From contig CM075985.1 of NCBI GenBank assembly GCA_038087875.1, forward strand, positions 36,270,001 through 36,334,000: a stretch of DNA of 64,000 bases, in the 5' to 3' direction. Each line of letters starts with the position of its first letter. The stretch's first letter is position 1. A model generated the notes under the pieces. That model was not told where the DNA came from and did no database searches. It saw only the letters and a program-made list of their open reading frames with translations. The stretch is from Malacoraja senta (lineage: Eukaryota). Both the position numbers and the translations under genes were made by a program. Below, one piece after another: positions 25,173 through 37,100 of the stretch.

Positions 25173-28100
25173 TGAGAGATAGTCACACAGCACAGTGTCA
25201 CGTTAGAATACACACACACACGAGTGTGAGAGATAGTCTCACAGTACAGTGTCACATTAGAATATACTCACACGAGTTTATCTGGGGCAATAACTGTCCG
25301 GGCAAACCTCCCAAAGCCCGTGTTTATTCCGTAAACAACTAGAAAACAAAAATATTTTGCAATTGCAAGGTGTTATTTGTGGGATAGACACATGCATTTT
25401 AAAGTTACATAATTTACTTGATATTATTTAAATTAATTTCAAACGGACTTTGAGATCAAATAAGATATGACCTTGCCCTTCCTTGATGATTCTTTCCACC
25501 AGGTCCCGTGATTTGTTGACCCTTCTTTCAACATCAGTGGCAAGCTGAAAGAAAAACCCACTGTGCATTATTCCGCCCGGGCAGCTGACAACCCAGCGGT
25601 ATGAACATTGATTTCTCTAACTTCAAGTAACCCTTGCATCCACTCTCTCTCCGTCCATCCCCCACCCTAGTCGTCCTGCTAGTTCCACTGTTCGCATGTA
25701 TCCCTCTTGTTATCACCTCTTCACCAGCCAACAATGGGCCATTGTGGGCTCTACCCTTCCTGAGGTCATCTGTCGCCAGCCCTGATTTGTTCTGGCCTTT
25801 TCTCGCCTCCAGTTCCACTCCCCCCACCCCCAGCTCCCCTGCCCCCACCAACTAGGCTAAAGTAGGGTTCCGACTCAGCACATTGTGTCTATTTTGTGTA
25901 ATTCGTAACACATGTCCTTGAACATTTAAGTATCACTTGAAGTGACAGTCAATATCTCACCTTGATTTTGTAGGTCCCCTTGCCTAGCTGGACAAGTTGT
26001 TGTGTCGTTAAGCTATTTCCATCCAAGTAAATGTACTGAATAAGGAGGAATAAGCAAAATCACTCAAAAATAAAGAACTATAGACCACTGCAGATTTAGT
26101 TTAGTTTAGTTTAGAGATACAGAGCGGAAACAGGCCCTTCGGCCCACTGAGTCTGTGCCGACCAGCGATTCCCATACATTAGCACTATCCTACACACACC
26201 AGGGACAATTTACTATTTTTACCGAAGCCAATTAGCCTACAAACCTGTACGTCTTTGGTGAGTGGGAGGAAACCGGAGCACCCGGGGAAAACCCTCGCAG
26301 GTCACTGGGAGAACTTACAAACTCCTTACAGACTGCACGGGTAGGTAGGGTGGAACCCAAATCTCTGGTGCTGTAAGGCAGCAACTCTACCGCTGCGCAA
26401 CCGTGCATCTACCTTATCTACTTTGGAGCAGTTTTATGTCAATGCACAAGCCCATTCTGCACACTTACCTGCTGAGTATTTGAATGCATTCTGCATTTAC
26501 TTATTAAGGAGTTGTAAGATTAAAATAACAGTTCATCAGTTGAGAGGTGGGAAAAAGTAGATCAATTTGTGAAACTGGACAGAAATCAACAAATGCTTTT
26601 ATGCCAAAGTGCATGATAGACAATAGACAATAAGCGCAGGAGTAGGCCATTTGGCCCTTCAAGCCAGCACCATTCAATATGATCCCGGCTGATCATCCAC
26701 AATCAGTACCCCGTTCCTGCCTTCTCACCATGACTCACTCATCTTCTGACTCTGCTATATTTAAGAGCTCTATCTAACTCTCTCTTGAAAACATCCAGCG
26801 AATTGGCCTCCACCGCCCTCTGAGGCAGAGAATTCCACAGATTCACAACTGTCTGTGTGAAAAGGTTTTTCCTCATCTCCGTTCTAAATGGCTTACCCCT
26901 TATTCTTAAACTGTGGCCCCTGGTTCTGGACTCCCCCAACATCGGGAACATGTTTCCTGCCTCTAGCGTGTCAAAACCTTTAATAATCTTGTATGTTTCA
27001 ATAAGATCCCCTCTCATCTTAAATTCCAGAGTATACAAGCCCAGCCGTTCCATTCTATCAACATATGACAGTCCTCTCATCCCAGGAATTAATCTGGTGA
27101 ACCTACCTCAATAGCAAGAATGTCCTTCCTCAAATTTGGAGACCAAAGCTGCACACAATACTCCAGGTGTGGTCTCACTAGGGCCCTGTACAACTGCAGA
27201 AGGACCTCTTTGCTTCTATACTCTTGTTATGAAGGCAAACATGCCATTCGCTTTCTTCACTGTCTGCTGTACCTGCAAGCTTACTTTCAGTGACCGATGA
27301 ACAAGGACCCCAGATCTCATTGTACTTCCCCTTTTCCCAACTTGACGCCATTCAGATAATAATCTGCCTTCCGGTTTATGCTACCAATGTGCATAACCTC
27401 ACATTTATCCACATTAAACTGCATCTGCCACGCATCTGCCCACTCACCCAATCTGTCTAAGTCACCCTGCATCCTCATAGCATCCTCCTCACAGTTCACA
27501 CTGCCACCCAGCTTTGTGACATCTGCAAATTTGCTAATGTTACTTTTAATCCCGTCATTTAAATCATTAATGTATATTGTAAATAGCTGTGGTCCCAGCA
27601 CCGAGCCTTGCGGTACCCCACTAGTCACTGCCTGCCATTCTGAAAGGGACCCGTTAATCCCTACTCTTTGTTTCCTGTCTGCCAACCAATTTTCTATCCG
27701 TCAGTACCCTACCCCCAATACCATCTAATTTTGCCCACTAATCTCCTATGTTGGACCTTATCAAATGCTTTCTGTCCAGGTACACGCCATCCACTGGCTC
27801 TCCCTTGTCCTTTTTCCTAGTTACATCCTCAAAAAATTCTAGAAGATTAGTTAAGCATGATTTTCCCTTTGTAAATCCATGCTGACTCGGACCGATCCTG
27901 TTACTGCTATCACATTTCGGAAGAGTATCAATCAGCTGCCATGGGAAATGAGCCAAGAATTTTCCCAGGTGATTTAAAGCTATGTTGTAGCAGGGACATG
28001 GTACTAAAGTGTGAGCTTTCATTTATCATTCAGCTTGAATGAGAAATGAACTGCGTGCTCAGCCCCCTGCTCCAATCACTCTATACCCATGACTGTGTAG

Positions 28101-31100
28101 CTGGACACAGTGCGAACTCCATCATCAAGTTCGCCGACGACACCACTGTTGTGGGACGAATTACAGATGGCGATGAATCAGAGTATAGAAGTGAGATCGA
28201 CCAATTGACCAAATGGTGCCAGCACAACAACCTGGCTCTCAATATCAGCAAAACCAAAGAACTGATTGTGGACTTTGGAAGAGGAAAGATGAGGACCCAC
28301 AATCCTGGAGTGAGTCAAAAACTTCAAATTCCTGGGCGTGTATATTTCCGAAGATCTTTCCTGGACCCAGCACACTGATGCAATTATAAAGAAGGCACAT
28401 CAACGACTCTGCTTCCTGAGAAGATTACGGAGAGTCGGTGTGTCAGAGAGGATTCTCTTGAACTACTACAGGTGCACAGTAGAGAGCATACTGACTGGTT
28501 GCATCGTGGTCTGGTTCAGCAACTTGAACATCCAAGAGTGGGAAAGACTGCAAAAAGTTGTGACCATTGCCTAGTCCATCACCGGCTCTGACCTCCCCAC
28601 CATCGAATGGATCAATCGAAGTCGCTGCCTCAAAAAGGCAGCCAGCATCATCAGAGACCCACACCATCCTGGCCACACACTCATTTCACCACTGCCATCG
28701 GGAAGCAGGTACAGGAGCCTGAAAACTGTAACGTCTAGGTTCAGGAACAGCTTCTTCCTTACAGCCATCAGGCTATTAAACACTACAACCTCAAATAAGC
28801 TCTCAACTACAATAGACTATTATTATTATTATTATTATTGCACTATTATTGTGTTATTTTTTGAGTATGTGTGTATGTGTATATGTGTATGTGACCACTT
28901 ACGGCTGTGATTTTTGGCCATATTACTCAGTCCCCCTCCAGGTCTCAGGGCCAGAGGACTTTTCCCATCGATGAAAAATAAAAGACTTATTAATGTTTTA
29001 AAAATGTTGAGATTCTCTCTCCTGTCAATCACGCTATGAAGGCCACGCCCCTTCCGGTGGGAGCGGGGTGGAGCTATAAAACCTGGAAGTGCGGGCATGG
29101 CTCAGTCTCTGCAAGATGGGTGAGGGGGGGGGTCACGACTCTCAGTCTGAGCTGGAAAACTACAGAACACTGAGAATACTGACCTGTGAGTGTCCTTTAT
29201 GTGTTTTTTAAACTGTGCCTTTTGCAACTGTAAAAAAAGATGAAAATGTCTAAAATTGATTTTCCACCCTCTTCCCCCCCCCCCCCTCCCTCTCTCACAC
29301 TCTCACCTGTTTTCGGCAGAATTTCTGGCAGTTTCTGAGCTGCCAGCCTGCCAGACTTGAGTTACTGAGCTGCCAGGCCTGAGTGACTGAGCTGCCAGCC
29401 CAAGAATCCATTCGGCCCACAATGTCCATACTAGCCCTCAAGAAACCAGTCCCTTCAGCCCACAACACCCATGCTAGCACTCCAGAACCCCCCCCCCCAC
29501 TGGCCAGCAATCTTGGAATTGGTGGAGAGGTGGAATATTGTTTTTGGGGGACCAGCCCTCCCGTGTGAAGCTGGAACCCAGCAGGTCCCTGTTAGTCTAG
29601 TATATATATATACTAGACCCGTTGTGTCCCCGCATCACACGGGAGGGCTGGTCCCCCAACGCAATATTCCACCTCTCCACCAATTCCAATATTGGTGGCC
29701 AGTATGGGGGGTTCTGGAGCGCTAGTATGGATGTTGTGGGCTGAAGGGACTGTTTTTTCCTGAGGGCTAGTATAGACATTGTGGGCCGAATGGATTCTTG
29801 GGCTGGCGGCTCAGTCACTCAAGCCTGGTGTTTTGGCAGCTCGCTCACTCACTCACGGCTGGTGGGCTGGCAGTTGACTCACGGCTATTCCTTTACATTC
29901 CATTTCAAGCAGGGTGCAAGGCCACCAAATTCAAGTGCAGTTTCTTACCACTTCAAGCAGGGTGCAAGGCCACCAAATTCAAATGCAGTTTCATACCATT
30001 TCAAGCAGGGTGCAAGGCCACTAAAGACAGCGAGTCGTGACCTCTCCCTCCTCCATCTTGCAGAGACTGAGCCACGCCCACACTTCTGGGTTTTATAGTC
30101 CCTCCCCCTCCCACCAGAAGGGGCGTGGCCTTCATGTCATGATTGGCAGGAGAGAGAATCTCAACATTTTTTAAACACTAATAAATCTTTTATTTTGCAT
30201 CGATGGGAAAAAATCCTGATGAGCGGGGGGGACTGAGTAAGATGGCCAGAAATCACAGCCGTACGTGGTAGCGTTTTTTCTAAAATCAATATAAAGAGCA
30301 AACAGGAAGTGGTCAAGATTAGACTTTTAATTATATAGAAGGCAAGGCAATTTTAATTAGGCAAGGCAATTTTAATTAGGCAAGGCAACTTTAATTAGGC
30401 AAGGCAACTTTAATTAGGCAAGGCAATTTTAATTAGGCAAGGCAACTTTAATTAGGCAAGGCAATTTTAATTAGGCAAGGCAATTTTAATTAGGCAAGGC
30501 AACTTTAATTAGGCAAGGCAACTTTAATTAGGCAAGGCAACTTTAATTAGGCAACACAGCTTTAGCATTTCGAAACCAAAGGCAACATAACTTTAGCATT
30601 TCAAAACCAAAGGCAACACAGCTTTAGCATTTCCAAACCAAAGGCAACACAGATTTAGCATTTCCAAACTATATTTTCAAACCACATTAAGGGCACTGAC
30701 AAGTCAGTAAAACCACTCATAGTTTAGTAGACATGTGTTCAGTGTTATTCACAGCTCAGACTGAGAGACATGACCCTCTCGCTCCCCCATCTTGCAGAGA
30801 CTGACTGAGGCACTCAACACTTCCGGGTTTTATAGTCCCTCCGGAAGGAGCGTGGCCTTCAGGAGAGAGAATCTCAACAGTTTTTAAACACTAATAACTT
30901 TTATTTTGCATCGATGGGAAAAATCCTCTTGTCCTGCGCAGTGGAGGGGGACTCTGAGTAAGATGGCCAAAAATCACAGTTGTAAGTGGCAGCGTTATTT
31001 CTAAAATCAATATACAGAACAACAGGAAGTGGTCAACATCAGACTTTTAGTAATAATGAGTATGTGTATATATACGCACAGAACTTTTATTTTCTCTCTC

Positions 31101-34100
31101 GTTTATCATATTGTTTACAGTGTACTATGTTTACATATTTTGTTGTGCTGCAGCAAGTAAGGATTTCATTGTTGTATCTGGGACACATGACAATAAAACA
31201 CTCTTGACTTGAATGTGGAAGTGAAGCTGAGGGCTGTTGAAGTATAACAGAGCTCTGTATAACAGAGATAACGTTATAAAAAAAGGAGTTTTATAAGTTA
31301 CTGATAATTTCTACTTTGGCACCGTCAATACATACTGGATTGTGTGTACCGCTTCCATTCCTGAAGCCAATCACTTTCTCCTTTGTCTTGAGAGAAAGGT
31401 TGTTGTCTTGATACCAGATCACGAGGTTCTCGATCTCCTTCCTGTACTCCGTCTCATCATTATTTGATACCCGGCCAACTAATATTACAACTACCTCAGA
31501 CCAATGTAATTGACAGCTCTCCAGAACCCTTTAGCACCTCTGCATTGACCGGCTCTCTATCCAGTCCATTTGAGGAGCTGCAATTCCCTCCAGCTAAACA
31601 ACAAAGCTGACACACCTTTAAGAGTCTGATTTTGATTCCATAAGAGTCTGACAGCGTGGAAACGGGCCCTTCAGCTCAACTTGCCCACACCGGCCAACAC
31701 GTCCTATCTACACTCGTCCCACCTGCCTGCGTGTGGCCTATATCTGCCTTGTCTAAATGTTTCTCAAATGTCATGGTAGTCCCTGCCTCAACTACCTCCT
31801 TCGGCAGCTCGTTCCATACAGCCACCACCCTTTGTGTGAATCCACATTTACATATTGCAGTTCACTGGGTCTAAATACTGGAACCCCCATGCATTATATA
31901 ACACTTGACCAAGGGTAGAATAGATTTGGAGATAACATGGTGGTTTAACATTCTGGATTATTTTACGAAACAATAAGATATGAAAGAGGGAGAATCGGAG
32001 AGGCTCTATGGACAGGATCTAGAATGGACCAAATACAAGTTCTCCTAATCATTTTGTGATCTTATGACTTAGGCAATGAATTAGCAATGCAATGATGAAC
32101 TTCTTAAGATTTGCCAAGGCAGAATTTTAGACAATTTAACCTGGAAGTTGACTTTGGAGAAAGGGGTGAGAACGAGAGCAACATGAACACAATTGTTAAC
32201 TATCTGGATTAAGTAAATCCAAAAGAAAGGATACAGAGAGGCAAAGTTTGTGTTCAAAGGATCCAGTTCAGCTTCTTGCCCTTGGATAACTGAAATGGAG
32301 AAACCAAAAGGCTTGTTAGGCTCAGGATAGCACAGTTAATGTATTTGAATGTACGACAATGACCCTCGTTGGTCCAAGCAAGCAGCAAGCAGGCCCGGCT
32401 TGCTGGCAAGCTTCATGGCAAGCAGGCCCGGCCCATCACCGCTGACCAATGATGGAGGATCCATTGACCACGGATCGAAGATCGCTCGCCGCAGTCAGAG
32501 TTAAAATACAGGACCTCCAGAGTTTTCATTTTAGGATTACTACCCAGGCCATGTGCTATTGAGGCCAGAAATAAAAAAAGATAGCGCAGTTTAATACACG
32601 GCAGGAATCTGTGCTGAGAACTCTGTTGTTTGTGTTGTATAGCATTGACTAGGACATAAATGTAGATGGGTTGTTAGTAAGTTTGCAGATGACACCAAGA
32701 TTGCTGGAGTCGCGGACAGTGAGGAAGGCCGGCAAAGTATTCAGCAAGATATAGATTATCTACAGAAATGCGTGGAGGAATGGCGGATGGAATTGGACCT
32801 GTGAGGTGTTGTACATTGGGAGAGTGAATGCAAGGGGAAGGTAAATGTGTAGGAAGGAATTGCAGATTCTGGTTTACACCAAAGATCGGCATAAACTGCT
32901 CGAGTAACTCAGCCGATTCGGCAGCATCTCTGAAGAAAAGGCACAGACAATAGACAATAGGTGCAGGAGCAGGCCATCCGGCCCTTCGAGCCAGCACTGC
33001 CATTAAATGTGATCATGTCTGATCATCCCCAATCAGTACCCCGTTCCTGCCTTCTCCCCATATACCCTGACTCCACTATCTTTAAGGGCCCTATCTCATT
33101 TACCCCTTATTCTTAAACTGTGGGCCCTGGTTCTGGACTCCCCCAACATCGGGAACATGTTTCCTGCCTCTAGCGTGTCCAAGCCCTTAACAATCTAAAG
33201 GGCCTGTACCACGGGCATGCGACTCCATGCGGCAAGCGTGACCTAACCGGAAGCGGGGGCCGCGCGGGTGCCGTGCGGAGGTCGAGTGATCCCCGTACAG
33301 GGCCGGTCCCACCAGCCTGCGGCTGCATGCGGCAAACGCTACCAAACTGGAAACGGGGGCCGTGCGGAGGTCGAGTGACGTCGGGACCAGCTCCGCACAA
33401 CTCCATGCGGCTCCGGCGATCGAAGTGGGACTGGCCCCGCGACCTCCGCGCGGCCCCCGCTTCCGATAAGGTCGCGCTTGCCGCATGGAGTCGCATGCCC
33501 GTGGGACAGGCCCTTTATAGGTTTCAATAAGATCCTCTCTCATCCTTCTAAACTCCAGAATGTACAAGCCCAGCCGCTCCATTCTCTCATATGACAGTCC
33601 CGCCATCCCGGGAATTAACCTTGTGAACCTACGCTGCACTCCCTCAATAGCAAGAATGTCCTTCCTCAAATCAGGTGACGTTTCGGGTCGGAACCCTTCT
33701 TTAGACAGTCTTGAGTCTGAAGAAGGGTTCTGACCCGAAACATCACCTATTTATTTACGCCAGAGGTGCTGCCTGACCCACTGAGTTACTCCAACATTTT
33801 GTGTCTATCATGGGGAAGGTATACGATTGATGGCAAGACCCTCAACAGCATCAATGTGCAGAGGGATCTTGAGGTCTAGATACTGCACATAGGTCCATGA
33901 AAGTGGCAACACAAGTACATAGAGTGGTAAATAAAGTGTATGATATGCTTATCTTATTTGGTCAGGGCATTGAGTATAAGGGTCAGGAAGTCATGCTGCA
34001 GTGCTATAAGACTTTGGAGACACAAGGAACTGCAGATGCCGGAGTCAGGCATGGAATAAAAAGTGCTGGAGTAACTCAGTGGGACAGGCAACATCTCTGG

Positions 34101-37100
34101 AGGATATGGACCTGAAGAAGTGTCCCAACCTGAAATGTCATCTATTCATGCCCTACAGAGATACTGCTTAACCGGCTGAGTGAAGGGCCTGTCCCACGGG
34201 CATGCGACTACATGCGGCAAGCGCGCCCTAACTGCAAGCAGGGGCCGTGCGGGGGCCGCGCGGAGGTCGTGGGGCCGGTCCCACTTCGATCGCCGGAGCC
34301 GTATGGAGTTGTGCGGAGCTGGTCCCGACATCGCGCGGGGCTCCGAAAAACTGACACTGTTCAAAAATTCCGTGCGGCAACGGCCTGCCGCCCCGCAGCC
34401 GCATCGAGGCCTTACGCAGCCGCATTGAGGCCGTGCACACCGCATCGCCGCCGTACGCACCATCTTGACGTCACTCGACCTCCGCGCGGCCCCGCTTCCG
34501 GTTTGGTAGCGCTTGCTGCATGCAGCCGCATGCTGGTGGGACCGGCCCTGTACGGGGATCACTCGACCTCCGCGCGGCCCCCGCTTCCAGTTAGGTCGCG
34601 CTTGCCGCATGGAGTCGCATGCTCCTGGGACAGGCCCTTAACTCCAGTACCTCGTGTTCTCTATAATATTTTGGTTAGGCCGTATTTGGAGTATTGTATG
34701 CAGTTCTGGTCACGCCATTACAGGAAGGATGTGAAGGCTTTGGCGAGGGTGCAGGTGGTTTACCAGGAAGCTGCTTGGATTCGGGGGTATTGGCTACAAG
34801 AAGAGGTTGGCCAAACTTAAATTGTTTTTTTCTGGAAAACACCAGAGGTTGAGGATAGAAATATATAATCTTTTTTTCCCAGGGTGGAATTGTGAAAGTC
34901 TCGAGGGGTTGGCTTTAAAGTAAGAGGAGCAAAGATTAAAGGTGATGTGAAGGGGACGTCTTTCACATCTGAGGGTGGTGGGTGCCTGGACCTCACTGAC
35001 AGGATTGGTAATGGTGGCAGATATGATAATGGCATGTAACAGGCTTTTAGATGGGTACATGGGTATGCAGGCAATGGAAGGATATGAGGTCATTGTGTTC
35101 AGCACTGAGATGATGAGCCAAAGGGCTTGTTCCTGTGCTGTTACTATTCTATGTACGATATTCGATGTTCGGCAGCTAAGTAAGAATTTCATTGATTGAG
35201 TTCATATGGTGCAAATGATCATTAAACACTCTTGACTTGTTTACAGAACAGCTGACCAGAGTTCAGGACCGGCTTGTTCTAGTCACGACAAAGGGGGGGA
35301 TTTATGCTTGGAGTCACAAGATGTAGTCAAGTTACTGAACAAATACTATCCATCGGTACACACCAAGGAGAAGGACTTAGAAACATAGAAAAATAGGTGC
35401 AGGAGTAGATCATTCGGCCCTTCGAGTCAGCACTGCCATTCAATATGATCATGGCTGATCTTCTAAAATCAGTAGCCCGTTCCTGCTCTTTCCCCAGATC
35501 CCTTGATTTCTTTAGTTCGAAGAGCTAAATCTAACTCTCTCTTGAAAAGATCCAGTGAATTCCCCTCCACTGCGTTCTGTGGCAGGGAATTCCATAGATT
35601 CACAACACTCTGGGTGAAATAAGTTTTTCCTCTTCTCAGTCTTAAATGGCCGACCCCTTATTCTTAAAAACGGTGACCCCTGTGACTTGGAGTACAGTGA
35701 ATTTAGTGGGTATGTACTAGGGCATTTTTTATATCAAGGAGGTTGCGTTGGGTCCCTTGCAGAACATTAAGAATGATAAATCTCCAAGCCCTTGTGGGAT
35801 CTATCCCAAGTTATTGAAAGAAACAATAGGGGAGATAGCTGGAGCCTTGACAAAGGGCTGAAGAGCAGCCAATGTTTTTCCTTTATTTAAGAAGAAAATA
35901 GGGATAATCCAGGAAGTTCTAGGCCAACGAGCCTCCCATCAGTGGCAGAGACTCTGTGGAGAGAATTATTATGTATAGTATTTACTCACATTTGGAAGAG
36001 AATAGGCTAGTTAGGAACTGTCAGCATGCCTTTGTATATGGCAGGTCAAGTCTTCCAAACTTGATTCAGTTGTTTGAGGTGATTAATGAGAGTAGGGCAG
36101 TGGATGAAGTCTACATGGACTTTAATAAAGGACTTGACATGGTCTCTCATCCTTGGCTGAAACAAAAGATCACAGTGTATGGAATCCACGGTGACATGGT
36201 AGTTTGGACTCAGAACTGGCTCATCCATAGAAGACAGAGGGTAATAGTGGAAGAGTATTATCCTAGCTGCAGGTCTGTAACCAGTAGTGTTCCACAGAGA
36301 CCTTGGTGGTTTGTGATATATATATATATATATATATGGACAAAAATGTAGATGGGTTTGTTAATAAGTATGCAGACGACACAAAACTTGGTGGAACTGT
36401 GGATAGCAAAGAAGGCTATCAAAGGATATGGCAGGATATAGATCACTTAGATATGTGCGGATAAATGGCATATGGAGTTGAATCCGAGCAATTGTGAGGT
36501 GTTGCGCTTTAGCAGGTCAAATGTAAGGGGAAGTGTGCAGTTAATGACAGGACCCTTAATAACATTGATGTACAGAGGGATGTTGGGATCTAAGTCTATG
36601 GCTCAATCAAAGTAACAACACAAGTAGATAAAATGGTAATAAAGTCATGTGGTGTGCATACCATCATCAGTTGGGGCATTGAATATAAGAGTCAGGAAGC
36701 CACGATGCAGCTTTATAGAATAGAATTTTGGTTAAGCTGCATTTGGAGTGTTGTGTGCTGTTCTGGTCGTAACAGTACAGGAAAGATATGGAGGCATTGG
36801 AGAGGGTGCACAAGAGTTTTACCAAGATGCTGCCTGGATCAGAGGGCATTAGCTACATAGAGACGTTGGACAAACTTGGATTGTTTTCCCTGGGGAGTTG
36901 AAACTGAGGGGAAACGGAATAGAAATTAAAAAAAATTATTGGAGGCATGGATCGGCTACAGTTGGAATCTTTTCCTCAGAGTGGCAATGTTAAGTACAAG
37001 ATAGCATAGCCACAAGGTCAGAATGAGGAAATTTAAAGGGGATGCATGGGTCAAGATTTTTGTGCACAGGTTAGTAGATGCGTAGATCATGCTGCCAGTG

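Larger units (their letters stand above)
26491..32234 (-). other. U12-type (minor spliceosome) GT-AG intron of HAL
   Basis: Donor GTATCCTTT; branch TCCTTAAT at 26510-26503; no polypyrimidine tract. Confidence 0.85.

Noticed and set aside
24371-25277. Repeat-plus-variable-spacer pattern resembling a CRISPR array
   Set aside because: The spacers are only (AC)n runs, the context is a vertebrate intron, and there are no cas genes; it is a minisatellite.
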